This document shows, one piece after another, positions 22,171 to 31,738 of a stretch of DNA of 64,000 bases (positions are counted from its first letter, which is position 1; each line of letters opens with the position of its first letter). The stretch spans positions 256,001 to 320,000 of the forward strand of contig JBBCJC010000005.1 in the NCBI GenBank assembly GCA_037189525.1, written 5' to 3'. The notes under the pieces are model-generated. The model was not told the origin of the DNA, did not search any database, and saw only the letters and a list, made by a program, of their open reading frames with translations. A program made the position numbers and the translations under genes. The DNA is from Gemmatimonadales bacterium (GTDB lineage Bacteria; Gemmatimonadota; Gemmatimonadetes; Gemmatimonadales; GWC2-71-9).

Positions 22171-23487
22171 TCAGGCCGGCTGCACGACACCGGCACACTC
22201 ACCGAAACCGATCGAGACGGCGCCGGGACGCTCACAGTAGGCACGCATCACCACCTCGTCTCCGTCCTGCAGAAAACGCCGGACTTCGCCGGTCGGCAGG
22301 GTGAGCGGTTCGGTGCCGCGCCAGGTGAGCTCCAGGAGACACCCGCGATTTTCCCGGGCGGGGCCTGAAATGGTTCCACTGCCGAGCAGGTCGCCGGGGC
22401 GCAGGTTGCATCCGTTGCTGGCGTGGTGGGTCAGCAGTTGAGCCACGGTCCAGTACATCGACGCGAACGAGGCGCGGCTGACTGGCTCGGGCTCGAGCTG
22501 CTCGGCACGCATCTGCGCGGTCCTCAGGGCGACCACGACCTGGATATCGAAGCCGCCGGACCGTTGATTGGCCTCGGAGGCCAGGTACGGCAGCGGATCG
22601 GGGTCGCCGGCCGGACGATCGAACGCCGGGACCCGGAACGGCGCCAGCGCATCCGCCGTGACGACCCAGGGCGAGATCGTACTGGCAAAACTCTTGGAGA
22701 GGAACGGACCGAGCGGCTGATACTCCCAGCGCTGGATATCGCGTGCGGACCAGTCGTTCAGCATCGAGAGGCCGAAGATCTGCTGCTCAGCTTCCGCCAG
22801 CGGAATCACGTTGCCAAGACTGTTCCCCGGCCCGACCCAGGCGCCCAACTCGCATTCGTAATCGAGCGACCGGCTGGGACCGAAGACCGGCTCCGGCGCC
22901 TGGTCGTCCTTGATCTGCCCCATCGGCCGGCGAACCGGAGTACCGCTCGGCACGATCGACGAAGCCCGGCCGTGATAACCGATCGGCACGTACTTGTAGT
23001 TGGGCAGGAGCGGGTTCTCGGGCCGGAACATGCTGCCGACGTTGGTGGCATGATGCACCGAGGCATAAAAATCGGTGTAGTCACCGATGGCAGCCGGCAG
23101 CAGCAGTTCCACGTCGTCCATGCGGAAGAGACACCGGGCGACGCGCTCCCGATCGGCGGCGCTGCGTTCCAGCAGCGCAAACAGGCAATGCCGGAGCGCG
23201 CGGGCAGCGTCGCGACCCAGCGCCATCAACGGGTTGAGGGACGTCGCTCCGACCGCATCCCGCACCGCCTGATCCACCGCCGCCAGGAGGCCCTCGTCCC
23301 GGAGCGCCGCCAGGTCGAGCACCTCACGCCCGATGGCAACGCCAACCCGGCCCGGCTGCCCCGACCCGGTACGACGAAACACGCCGAACGGAAGATTCTG
23401 GAGCGGGAAATCCGCGCGCGCCTGCTGGGCAGATTCGACCCACGACGTGGCGGTGGGGTCGTGAGTGTGATCCGTGATCCGTGTCAT
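22171..23487 (-). CDS. fahA: Fumarylacetoacetase
   Basis: DFPLQNLPFG, DYTDFYAS, PIGYHGRASS, LDYECE, NDWSARDIQRWEYQPLGPF, GDLLGSGT. Confidence 0.95.
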   Translation of the reverse strand: MTRITDHTHDPTATSWVESAQQARADFPLQNLPFGVFRRTGSGQPGRVGVAIGREVLDLAALRDEGLLAAVDQAVRDAVGATSLNPLMALGRDAARALRHCLFALLERSAADRERVARCLFRMDDVELLLPAAIGDYTDFYASVHHATNVGSMFRPENPLLPNYKYVPIGYHGRASSIVPSGTPVRRPMGQIKDDQAPEPVFGPSRSLDYECELGAWVGPGNSLGNVIPLAEAEQQIFGLSMLNDWSARDIQRWEYQPLGPFLSKSFASTISPWVVTADALAPFRVPAFDRPAGDPDPLPYLASEANQRSGGFDIQVVVALRTAQMRAEQLEPEPVSRASFASMYWTVAQLLTHHASNGCNLRPGDLLGSGTISGPARENRGCLLELTWRGTEPLTLPTGEVRRFLQDGDEVVMRAYCERPGAVSIGFGECAGVVQPA

Positions 23488-24368
23488 GACAGTACCGCTG
23501 GCTCGAGTTCATCGACGGGCTCGCGAAAGGAGCAGGACCCGAACCCGTCGAAACGGTCCGACAGCTGCGCCACGTCGATCCGCCGATCGCCCCAGACGAC
23601 CTGGTCCGCATCGATCCGAAAAGCTCGAGGGGGCTCCGCTTCGAGGGCGGCGCGAACCAGAGCGAGGTCCGCGCCCTGCCCGGCAAGCACTGTCGCAACC
23701 ATCAGATTGAGATATCCATACATGATGCCCGAGGGACCGTCCGGCTCGTAGGTCAGGCGGAACCGGCCACGGACCGGATGGTGCAGACCCGCCGTGGCCT
23801 TGAAGGGAATCCGTCGGGCGCTGACCGCAACCAGAAACGCCGCGACGACCCCCGGATCGGGAAACGCCTCGGGCGTCACCCCGCCCATCCGGATCTTGGC
23901 CCGGGCCCCCGCCCCGGCCAGCGCATCCAACACCGCATCGCGCCCGGCGCCGAGCGGAATTTCTCCGTACCAGCGCCGCGCGCCCACCGCCTGCGCCAGC
24001 CGTTCCACCGCCGCCGGCCCGTCAACCCGGGCTTCGAAGCAATCCAACGCCATGCCCAGCCGGGCCGCATCCGCCTGGTGCGCATCGGTCGCGGCCAGGT
24101 CGGCCACCGGGTCGGCGCCCAGGGTGAGACTCAATTGCCAGGCAGCCTGCGGTCCGTCCGCCGCTTCGATCGCGGCCAGCGATTCGGCCAGCCGGACGGC
24201 GGGAACGACGAAACGACCGAGCGCCCACGCATCCGCGGACCGCCGATAGATGGCGTAGTTCGCCACCGCCTCCGCCATGGACAGCGCCGAGGGCGGAAAG
24301 AGGCCGGCATAGTCGATCCGGCCGGCCAGCAGCGCCGTCCCTACCGGCCTCTCGCCCGGGGTACTCAT
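23484..24368 (-). CDS. Conserved uncharacterised enzyme-like protein coupled to fahA
   Basis: Motifs DYAGLFPP, KIRMGG, FKATAGLHHP, GYLN, FGSCSFREP; ATGA overlap with fahA. Start set at ATG 24368. Confidence 0.75.
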   Translation of the reverse strand: MSTPGERPVGTALLAGRIDYAGLFPPSALSMAEAVANYAIYRRSADAWALGRFVVPAVRLAESLAAIEAADGPQAAWQLSLTLGADPVADLAATDAHQADAARLGMALDCFEARVDGPAAVERLAQAVGARRWYGEIPLGAGRDAVLDALAGAGARAKIRMGGVTPEAFPDPGVVAAFLVAVSARRIPFKATAGLHHPVRGRFRLTYEPDGPSGIMYGYLNLMVATVLAGQGADLALVRAALEAEPPRAFRIDADQVVWGDRRIDVAQLSDRFDGFGSCSFREPVDELEPAVLS

Positions 24369-24505
24369 GCCGGCGTCCGGGCCGGGGCAAACCGCGCCGA
24401 TGGCGGAAAATCGTTCCGGACCGGGCCCGCCAACGGGTGACGAGCAGTCGAGACCACCAGGCGCAAACTCATGTATTTCAACGACATGACGAAGTTCCAT
24501 CCCGA

Positions 24506-24521
24506 TGGCACAGCCCCTGCT
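24506..24521 (+). promoter_or_regulatory. Sigma54 (-24/-12) promoter for the REC-GGDEF gene
   Basis: TGGCAC-AGCCC-CTGCT, exact GG-N10-GC spacing. Confidence 0.75.
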
Positions 24522-24644
24522 AAATGACCGTGCGGGGCGGCAGGTTTTGACCGTCTCGATTTGTCGAGCATGTCCGGGTTTCCTGGGCCGGCCCGACCGA
24601 TCAAACCAATTTCTGGGAGAGCCCGAGTCCACGTGACGACGTTC

Positions 24645-25622
24645 ATGACCACGTCCCCACTGACGTCTCCTGCTCCGTTCGGTGCCGCAAGCACCTCGAC
24701 GGGCGGCAACGCTCTTTCGGCAACTCCACTGATCAACGTTCTCGTCGTCGAAGATAATCCGGTCGACGCGATGCGAATTCGCCAGTTGCTGGCCCGGTCG
24801 CGCAGCGCGCGGTTCGTGGTCGAATCGGCCGCCACTCTTGCCGCGGCCGAGGACCGGATCGCCACGGGGGCCATCGAAGTCGTACTCCTGGACCTGGACC
24901 TGCCGGACAGCCTCGGCCTCGCGACCTACACCTCGCTCGCCGCGCTGGCTCCGCACCTGCCGGTCATCATCCTGTCCCGCAGCAGCGAGGAGGCCGTTGC
25001 GCTGCAGGCCATCCGGCTCGGGGCGCAGGACACGGTTTTCAAGTCACACCTGAGCGCCGAGGGCCTTGCCCGCATGGTGCGATGCGGGATCGAGCGGCAG
25101 CAGATTCTGACCTCACTCCGCGGCCAGTCGCTCACCGACGAGCTGACGGGACTGCTCAACCGGCGGGGCTTCACCACGATTGCGCAGGGTCACCTGCGGC
25201 TGGCCACCCGGACCGGGAACCGCTTCCTGGTGTTCTTCTTCGACGTCGACGACCTGAAGACGATCAACGACGGCTTCGGACACGAAGCCGGCGACCACGC
25301 CATTCGCGCGATCGGCGCGGTCCTTCGCCGGACCTTCCGTCAGTCGGACGTGGTGGCTCGGCACGGGGGCGACGAGTTCGTGGTGCTGGCGCTCGATACC
25401 TCGGGCGACGAAGGCGCGACCATCCGGCGCCGGCTCGCCGCCAACCTGATCCGCGCCAACGGGGAGAGCAACCTGCCGTTCAACCTGGCGGTCAGCACCG
25501 GTACGGTCGCCTACGACGGCCGTGAGCAGGAGCCTCTGGGGTCCCTGCTGGCACGTGCCGACCTGGCGCTCTACGCCGACAAGCGCCGTCGGAAGCTCCA
25601 AGCCGCCGAGGCCGGCGCTTGA
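24645..25622 (+). CDS. Response-regulator diguanylate cyclase (REC-GGDEF)
   Basis: REC VLVVEDN...VLLDLDLPD; DELTGLLNRR; RQSD (I-site RxxD) followed by ARHGGDEF. Start 24633 or 24645. Confidence 0.9.
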   Translation: MTTSPLTSPAPFGAASTSTGGNALSATPLINVLVVEDNPVDAMRIRQLLARSRSARFVVESAATLAAAEDRIATGAIEVVLLDLDLPDSLGLATYTSLAALAPHLPVIILSRSSEEAVALQAIRLGAQDTVFKSHLSAEGLARMVRCGIERQQILTSLRGQSLTDELTGLLNRRGFTTIAQGHLRLATRTGNRFLVFFFDVDDLKTINDGFGHEAGDHAIRAIGAVLRRTFRQSDVVARHGGDEFVVLALDTSGDEGATIRRRLAANLIRANGESNLPFNLAVSTGTVAYDGREQEPLGSLLARADLALYADKRRRKLQAAEAGA

Positions 25623-25693
25623 CCATGATTTTAGCCCGTCGATCGCGCGTCAGACCGGGATTCGGCCACGGGCCGGCCTCCCGGTATCCGACG

Positions 25694-25723
25694 CTCAAGA
25701 TGGCCCTACGCGCCGCCGATACT
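25694..25723 (+). promoter_or_regulatory. Sigma28 (FliA) promoter for motAB
   Basis: CTCAAG-N15-GCCGATACT about 55 nt before motA; same boxes and spacing as the flgL site. Confidence 0.8.
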
Positions 25724-25777
25724 TGGCCGGAGCCAGCCGGCTGTCCGGCGCTCGGGAAGGATTGATCAGGGTCCATC

Positions 25778-26638
25778 ATGTTTGCGATCATCGGGATCAT
25801 CGTCGTACTCGCATCCGTGCTGGGCGGCTTCTCCATTGCCGGCGGTAGCATTCCGTCGCTGTTCCACATTTCCGAAATCATCGTCATCCTGGGTACCGCC
25901 TTCGGCACCATGATGATTTCGACGCCCGTTCCCGTCCTCAAAGGGATGATGGGCAAGATCGTGGGTGTCCTCAAAGGCTCCGGCATGAAGGCCGACGTCT
26001 ATCTGGACACGCTCAAGATGCTGTACGAGCTGTTTCAGATTGCCCGGAAAGACGGCCTGGTCGCCATCGAGTCGCATATCGAGGGACCGGACAAGAGCGC
26101 GGTCTTCAAGCGATACCCCGCGGTGCTCCACCACCATCATGCCATGCAGTTCCTCTGCGACAACCTGCGGCTCGTGCTGGTGGGCAGCGTCCCTCCACAC
26201 GACCTCGACGGCCTGATGGACTCCGAAATCGAGTTGCACCATCACCACGAAGAGGCCATGGCCGGCGCGCTCCAGAAGGTCTCCGACGCGCTGCCGGGTA
26301 TCGGCATCGTGGCGGCCGTGCTCGGTATCATCGTGACGATGGCCGCGATTGCCGGCCCGGTCGAAGAAATCGGCTACAAGGTCGGCGCCGCGCTGACCGG
26401 TACCATGCTCGGCGTCTTCTGCGCCTACGGCCTGTTCGGGCCGCTGGCCACAGCCATCGAGCACGCCAACGCCTCGGAGCAGAGCCTCTACCAGGTCCTT
26501 CGGGCCGCCGTGGTCGCGTTTGCCAAGGGACTGGCGCCCATCGTGGCCGTGGAGTTTGCGCGCCGAGCGGTTCCGGCCGACGTGCGCCCGACGTTTGCCG
26601 CCATGGAAACTGCCTGCAAGTCCGTCAAACCGAAGTAA
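25778..26638 (+). CDS. motA: Flagellar stator protein MotA
   Basis: ARKDGLVAIESHIE, DALPGIGIVAAVLG, GAALTGTMLGV, AVEFARR. Confidence 0.95.
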   Translation: MFAIIGIIVVLASVLGGFSIAGGSIPSLFHISEIIVILGTAFGTMMISTPVPVLKGMMGKIVGVLKGSGMKADVYLDTLKMLYELFQIARKDGLVAIESHIEGPDKSAVFKRYPAVLHHHHAMQFLCDNLRLVLVGSVPPHDLDGLMDSEIELHHHHEEAMAGALQKVSDALPGIGIVAAVLGIIVTMAAIAGPVEEIGYKVGAALTGTMLGVFCAYGLFGPLATAIEHANASEQSLYQVLRAAVVAFAKGLAPIVAVEFARRAVPADVRPTFAAMETACKSVKPK

Positions 26639-26650
26639 GCAGGCGGGCTC

Positions 26651-27487
26651 ATGGCGAACAAAGACCGCGAACAACCCATCATCATCATCAAGAAGAAAGT
26701 CGCCGGGCACGGCCATCACGGCGGCGCCTGGAAAGTGGCGTTTGCCGACTTCATGACGGCCATGTTCGCGCTGTTCCTGGTGCTCTGGCTCGTCAATCAG
26801 AGTTCCGACGTGAAGTCGGCCATTGCCGGCTATTTCCAGGACCCGCTCGGTCGCGCGAACGAATTCGGTTCGTCGATCGTGCCGGGTGAGGGCGCGCAGA
26901 CCCAGATGGCGCGTCCGCTCGCGCCGGCGCAGATCGTCGACATCCGGATCGACCGGCTGATACGGCTGGCGGAGGATATCCGCGAAAAGCTGGGCAAGGT
27001 TCCCCTGCTCGACTCGCTGCGCAATCGGGTCGAGATCACCATGACGGACGACGGCCTCCGGATCGAACTCCTGGAGGATTCGACCGCGCAGTTCTTCCAG
27101 TCGGGTAGCGCGATGATGAGCCCACATGGGCGTGAACTGATCACACTGATCGGCCGCGAACTGGCTCAGGACTCGAATCAGATTCAGATCGAGGGGCACA
27201 CCGACTCGAGGCCCTACGCCTCGACTACGGGCTACTCGAACTGGGAACTGTCGGCCGACCGCGCCAACGCGGCTCGCCGGATCCTGGGCGAAGGCGGGGT
27301 CGCGAGCCAGCGGATTTCCGAGATTCGCGGCATGGCCGATCGCGAACTCCGCTATCCGAATGCGCCGTTCGACCCGCGCAACCGGCGCGTCACGATCACG
27401 GTTCTGCTCGATCGGCACCTGTCGGGTCCGCTGCTGCCGCAACAACCCGCCGCCGACCCCGGCGGCTTCAGGCCCGGAGTCCGCTGA
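26651..27487 (+). CDS. motB: Flagellar stator protein MotB
   Basis: HHGGAWKVAFADFMTAM; OmpA-like IEGHTDS...NWELSADRAN...NRRV. Confidence 0.95.
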   Translation: MANKDREQPIIIIKKKVAGHGHHGGAWKVAFADFMTAMFALFLVLWLVNQSSDVKSAIAGYFQDPLGRANEFGSSIVPGEGAQTQMARPLAPAQIVDIRIDRLIRLAEDIREKLGKVPLLDSLRNRVEITMTDDGLRIELLEDSTAQFFQSGSAMMSPHGRELITLIGRELAQDSNQIQIEGHTDSRPYASTTGYSNWELSADRANAARRILGEGGVASQRISEIRGMADRELRYPNAPFDPRNRRVTITVLLDRHLSGPLLPQQPAADPGGFRPGVR

Positions 27488-27488
27488 G

Positions 27489-28685
27489 ATGCGGCTACAC
27501 GGTCACCTTCTCCTGGTCGTCGCCGACGAACAGATCGCGGCGCACTATCGCACAATCCTCGAGCAGGTCGAGGGTCTGACGCTGACGGTGACCACCACCG
27601 CGGACGAGGCAGCTGCACTCGCCGGGGCGACTCCACCCGACATGGTGCTTGCCGAGCATCGCCCGCCGGTGTTGGATGGCCTGGCCCTGGCCGCCGCGAT
27701 GCGGGCCGACGAGACCCTCCGCGGAACGGGCATGGTGTTGATCAGCCCCGACCTGAGCCTGGCGGACCTGGCCCCGACGGCACGCATCGAAGACGTCATT
27801 TCCCCGAGCATTTCCAGCGGTGAACTGCTCGGCAAGGCGCGGGTCTGGTTCCGGATCAAGAGCATCCACGACGAGTTGCGCGCCGACAAGGCCGAACTCG
27901 AACGGCTGCATCGCCAGTCGGAGCAGCGGCTCCATCAACTGCTGGACCTGCTGGTCCATATCATCGATCTCTCGGTGCCCGGCAGCGCCACCCGCGGGCG
28001 CGAAACGGCGCGGCTCGCTGCGCGGCTTGCGGAGCGCTTCGAGGTCCCGACGACCCTCGAGCACGATCTCGATGTGGCGGCACGGCTCCAGGAGCTGGGC
28101 AAGCTCCTGCTGCGCGCCGATCGGGCGGATGCGGAAGGGCCGGAAGATCTCCGCGAGGGCGACGCCTGGCGCTATGCGGTGGCCACCAAGGAACTGCTGG
28201 AACGGACGGAAGGTCTGGACGGCGCCGCCGAACTGATCGGCACGATCTTCGAGAACTGGGACGGCACCGGCCATCCGGATCGCTTGCGGCAGGGACAGAT
28301 CCCGCTTCGCTCCCGGATTCTCCGTCTGGTGATCGACTACCTGCGTTTGATCGACTCGGGCGAGGTGCCCGACGCCGACGAGGCGCTGGCCCAGCTGCGC
28401 CAGCACGCCGGGACCCGGTACGATCCCCTGGCCGTCGCCCACTTCGACGCCATCCTCGCCGCGCCCAGCCAGGCCGGCTGGCGGGAAACCCGGGTCCGGC
28501 TGCCGGTGCACAGCCTGGCCGAGGGGATGATCGTGGCCGAGGACCTGACGACGAGCGCGGGCGTCAAACTGATGGCGCGGGGCGCGGTCATTACCTCCTC
28601 GATTCTCGACACCATCCTGCGCCGTCACCGGAGCGACCCCATCGTTCCGGGCGTCTGGGTCGAACGGGCCAGCATGCCGAGGTAG
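27489..28685 (+). CDS. Pseudo-receiver plus degenerate HD-GYP domain protein
   Basis: REC-like N-terminus with E at the phosphoacceptor position (DMVLAEH); ARLQELGK in place of HDIGK; FENWDGTGHPDRL...IPLRSRIL. ATG 1 nt after the motB stop. Confidence 0.78.
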   Translation: MRLHGHLLLVVADEQIAAHYRTILEQVEGLTLTVTTTADEAAALAGATPPDMVLAEHRPPVLDGLALAAAMRADETLRGTGMVLISPDLSLADLAPTARIEDVISPSISSGELLGKARVWFRIKSIHDELRADKAELERLHRQSEQRLHQLLDLLVHIIDLSVPGSATRGRETARLAARLAERFEVPTTLEHDLDVAARLQELGKLLLRADRADAEGPEDLREGDAWRYAVATKELLERTEGLDGAAELIGTIFENWDGTGHPDRLRQGQIPLRSRILRLVIDYLRLIDSGEVPDADEALAQLRQHAGTRYDPLAVAHFDAILAAPSQAGWRETRVRLPVHSLAEGMIVAEDLTTSAGVKLMARGAVITSSILDTILRRHRSDPIVPGVWVERASMPR

Positions 28686-28755
28686 CCCGGCGGGCCATTT
28701 GCCGGGTTCGGGTTCGCGGGCTAAGCTTCTAGGCTGTCCCTAAACCGTACCCGCC

Positions 28756-29469
28756 ATGAGCCTGCTTTCGCATTCCGAACCTCGCGTGCCCGCGCCGGCC
28801 CTCGCCGACCGCCTGATCAAACTGAATCGCGCGGACGTCGTGCAGCAGTTGCTGCGCGGCATTGCCCACGACCTTCGCAACAACCTCCAGGTCGTGGCCC
28901 TCGGCTCGAGTCTCGGCGAAGAAAGCCGCGGGACGGCCATCGGATTTCGTATCGAGCGCGCGCTCGACGATATGGTCGGGGGACTCGACCTCCTGGCGAT
29001 GCTGGGCCATCCGTCGCCGACGGCCAGCGTTCATACCGACATTGCGGAAGTCCTGATTGCGATGCAGCAGCTGACCGATCTGCAGCGGAACCTCCCGACC
29101 GTTCCACTGGTCGTCGAGCCGCCCAATACGATCGTCGCCGCGATTCCACGGACCATGCTGCTGCAGATCCTGCTCAATCTGGTGGCGAATGCGAAGGAAG
29201 CGGTAGGCACGACCGGCACGCCGATCGGGATTGCCGTCGAACGGAACGATAGCACCGTCTCGCTCACGATCGACAACGAGGGCGAGTCGATTCCCGCCGA
29301 CGCCGGCGCCGCGTTCATGACGACGCGGGACCCGGCCACCCATGCCGGGATCGGGCTGTTCGTCAGCCGGACACTGGCCGAGCGTTCAGGGGGGACGTTG
29401 ACGTGGGCGCCTCGGGCGGGCGGCGGTACGAGTGCCCGCCTTACCCTGCCCGTCAGCGACCTAAGTTGA
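28756..29469 (+). CDS. Cytoplasmic histidine kinase lacking a sensor domain
   Basis: H-box IAHDLRNNL, N-box QILLNLVANAKEA, G2 AGIGLFVS; no TM or PAS. Converges on and overlaps the flgK 3' end. Confidence 0.8.
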   Translation: MSLLSHSEPRVPAPALADRLIKLNRADVVQQLLRGIAHDLRNNLQVVALGSSLGEESRGTAIGFRIERALDDMVGGLDLLAMLGHPSPTASVHTDIAEVLIAMQQLTDLQRNLPTVPLVVEPPNTIVAAIPRTMLLQILLNLVANAKEAVGTTGTPIGIAVERNDSTVSLTIDNEGESIPADAGAAFMTTRDPATHAGIGLFVSRTLAERSGGTLTWAPRAGGGTSARLTLPVSDLS

Positions 29470-30925
29470 TCAGCTCCCGCAGCATTTCGTCGGCCGCCTG
29501 GACCAGACGGGCGGCGGCGGCATAGGCCTGCTGGTGCTGAATCAGCGCGACCATTTCCTCATCGATGTTCACCCCTGATACGGCCTGCCGCTGCGCCGTG
29601 ATGTTGCCGACCAGGACGCCCTGCGCAGCAGCCCGGTTCCCCGCGTCCTGCGTCACCACGCCGAGCGCAGCAACCACACCGGTGTAGTAATCGCCGAGCG
29701 CGGCAACGGGGCCGGCGGCCACGGCGGGTGAATTGGCGGTGGCCCCGGTGGCGCCGGGAATCGGAACGGCCAGGTAGCGCAGCTCGCCCAGCCGGAGCGC
29801 GATGCTGTTGTCGCCCGGACCGGTACTCCACCCCGAGGCAATCTGGGTCGGATCGGCTTGAATGCCCGGGTCGAGCGAAATCGACGCTGCGGTGACCCCG
29901 GCCGGATTGAAGAACGGCCCGATGGCGCGGAGCGGCGCGGGCGCCGGCGTCAGGGTGGGCTGCAGCGGCTTGAGGGCGGGGTCGTAGTCGCTGTGGATCT
30001 GGTTGACGGCGGAGACGATCCCGAGCGCCAGATCGTCGAGCTGGCCTCGGAGCCCGGTGGCCCGGGTCAGCGAGGTTCCGCGCACGCCGATCGTGTCGGC
30101 GGCATCGAGCAGACCCTTGAGCGAGCCGCTCTTGGGCACGATCGCCGCCGGCGGGTCGCCCAGCTGCAGCTGGTAGGGACCGGTTCCGCCGATCGACAGG
30201 GGCTGGGCCCCTCCCCCGCTGCTGACCAACTGGATCCCGCCGAGCAACACGTCGACGGTACCGGCGTCGCGACCGACCACCCGGATATCGAAGGTCTGGC
30301 TCAGCCGGTCGAGGAAGACATCCCGCCGATCGAGCAGGTCGGGGGCGTTGCCGCCCATCTGCCGGATCTGGGTGTTGAGGGCGTCGACTTCCGCCAGCAT
30401 CCCGTTGGCCTCGGTCGTTGCCTGACGAAGCCCGGCCACCACGTTCTGGGTAATCCCCTCGAGCCGAGTATCGATGCTGCGGAACCGATCGGTCAGCACG
30501 GTGGCGTTGGCCATGACCACGGCGCGCGCGGTCGGATCGGCCGGGTTCGACGCCAGCGTCTGGAACGAATCGATCAGCGCATCGAGCGCGGCCGTGATGC
30601 CGACATCGCTCGGTTCGCCGAGCACACCGGAAACCTGCTCGAGCGACTGACGCAACGCATCGAAGCGAGCGCCGGTTCCCGCCTCCTGCCGCCAGCTCGT
30701 GTCATAAAAGGCATCGCGCACGCGATTGATGCCGCTGACGTCGACACCCCGACCCATCTGCAGCATATAGCCGAGCGTCTGAGGCGTCGCCGCGGTGAGA
30801 CCGACCTGCTGGCGGCTGTATCCCGGCGTCTGCGCATTGGCCACGTTGTGACCGATGGTGCCGATGGCGCGCTGATGCGCCTTCAGGGCACCGCTGGCGA
30901 TCGACAGAAGGTTTCCAAGCGACAT
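29453..30925 (-). CDS. flgK: Hook-associated protein FlgK
   Basis: GHNVANAQTPGYSRQ N-terminus; SGVNIDEEMVALIQHQQAYAAAARL C-terminus. Confidence 0.93.
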   Translation of the reverse strand: MSLGNLLSIASGALKAHQRAIGTIGHNVANAQTPGYSRQQVGLTAATPQTLGYMLQMGRGVDVSGINRVRDAFYDTSWRQEAGTGARFDALRQSLEQVSGVLGEPSDVGITAALDALIDSFQTLASNPADPTARAVVMANATVLTDRFRSIDTRLEGITQNVVAGLRQATTEANGMLAEVDALNTQIRQMGGNAPDLLDRRDVFLDRLSQTFDIRVVGRDAGTVDVLLGGIQLVSSGGGAQPLSIGGTGPYQLQLGDPPAAIVPKSGSLKGLLDAADTIGVRGTSLTRATGLRGQLDDLALGIVSAVNQIHSDYDPALKPLQPTLTPAPAPLRAIGPFFNPAGVTAASISLDPGIQADPTQIASGWSTGPGDNSIALRLGELRYLAVPIPGATGATANSPAVAAGPVAALGDYYTGVVAALGVVTQDAGNRAAAQGVLVGNITAQRQAVSGVNIDEEMVALIQHQQAYAAAARLVQAADEMLRELINLGR

Positions 30926-30927
30926 GA

Positions 30928-31437
30928 TCAGGCTCGCTGATTGAGCAACACACCGCGCTCGGCGTCGGCGTCGGGTGACGCCGTTCCCGGGGTGGTGAGC
31001 AACCGCTGGAGAAACTGCTCACCCAGCGTAATGGCCTGGCGCAATGCCAGCTGGTTCACCTGCAGTTCCCGGCTCGCCATCAGCGCCACCGCGTGCAGCT
31101 CTCGACAAAGCGCGCGGAACGGCTCGGCCACCGACAGCGGCAACTGGGCTGCGACATCCGACAGCGTGGTCGCCCCCTGCCCGCCGATCAGCTCGACCAG
31201 GACGGTGCGTTGCCGCCGGGCCTCGCGGATCGTGAGCAGAGTCCGGCCGATCTGCTGGACCACCTGTTCGAGCAGCGCGGTGTCGTTGGCCGCCAGGCCG
31301 GCCCGCTGTTCGACCAGCTGCAGCTGCAACTCGCCCAACAGGTCCTGCTCCGCCCGTAAGCTCCGCACCAGCGGTCCCAAGCCTTCGACCACGTCCCAGG
31401 CGAGGTCTACCTGCCGATCATCGACTGCCGTCGCCAT
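30928..31437 (-). CDS. flgN: FlgN-like export chaperone
   Basis: All-helical 169 aa protein directly upstream of flgK, with an NQLALRQAI motif; start at ATG 31437. Confidence 0.7.
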   Translation of the reverse strand: MATAVDDRQVDLAWDVVEGLGPLVRSLRAEQDLLGELQLQLVEQRAGLAANDTALLEQVVQQIGRTLLTIREARRQRTVLVELIGGQGATTLSDVAAQLPLSVAEPFRALCRELHAVALMASRELQVNQLALRQAITLGEQFLQRLLTTPGTASPDADAERGVLLNQRA

Positions 31438-31738
31438 GTCCCGTTCCCGTTTCCGTAATGTTGGGCGCCAGCCGCGCTGCCAGCTGACGATAGAGGGCGT
31501 CTCCCAAGCCATGCTCCGAACGGGCCGCGGCCTCGCGGGCCAGCGTTTCGTCGAGCATGGCCGTGAACATCTCCTGACCCTGGCCTTCGTCCTCCGTCGG
31601 GACGGTGGCGCGCATCTCCTTGAAGAGCTGCGCCAGGAAGACCCCTTCGAATTCCTTGGCGGCCGCCCGAAGCCGTTCATCCTGGCTCCGCTGCCCCGCC
31701 CCTGCCACACCCGCGGCTCCGATCCGGATATCCGTCAT
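31418..31738 (-). CDS. flgJ: FlgJ rod-binding protein (no muramidase domain)
   Basis: LRAAAKEFEGVFLAQLFKEMR...FTAMLD...GLGDALYRQL. Confidence 0.85.
   Translation of the reverse strand: MTDIRIGAAGVAGAGQRSQDERLRAAAKEFEGVFLAQLFKEMRATVPTEDEGQGQEMFTAMLDETLAREAAARSEHGLGDALYRQLAARLAPNITETGTGHGDGSR

Noticed and set aside
24369..24956. N-terminal extension of the 490-aa ORF 23484-24956; likewise the extended starts for cheY, flgN, flgC, flgB and the HD-GYP gene
   Set aside because: The extensions overlap neighbouring genes or promoters and lack family similarity; downstream starts fit the RBS or family N-termini better.
30928..31738. Possible flgM between flgJ and flgN
   Set aside because: The two genes overlap, leaving no space, and no ORF shows the FlgM C-terminal motif.
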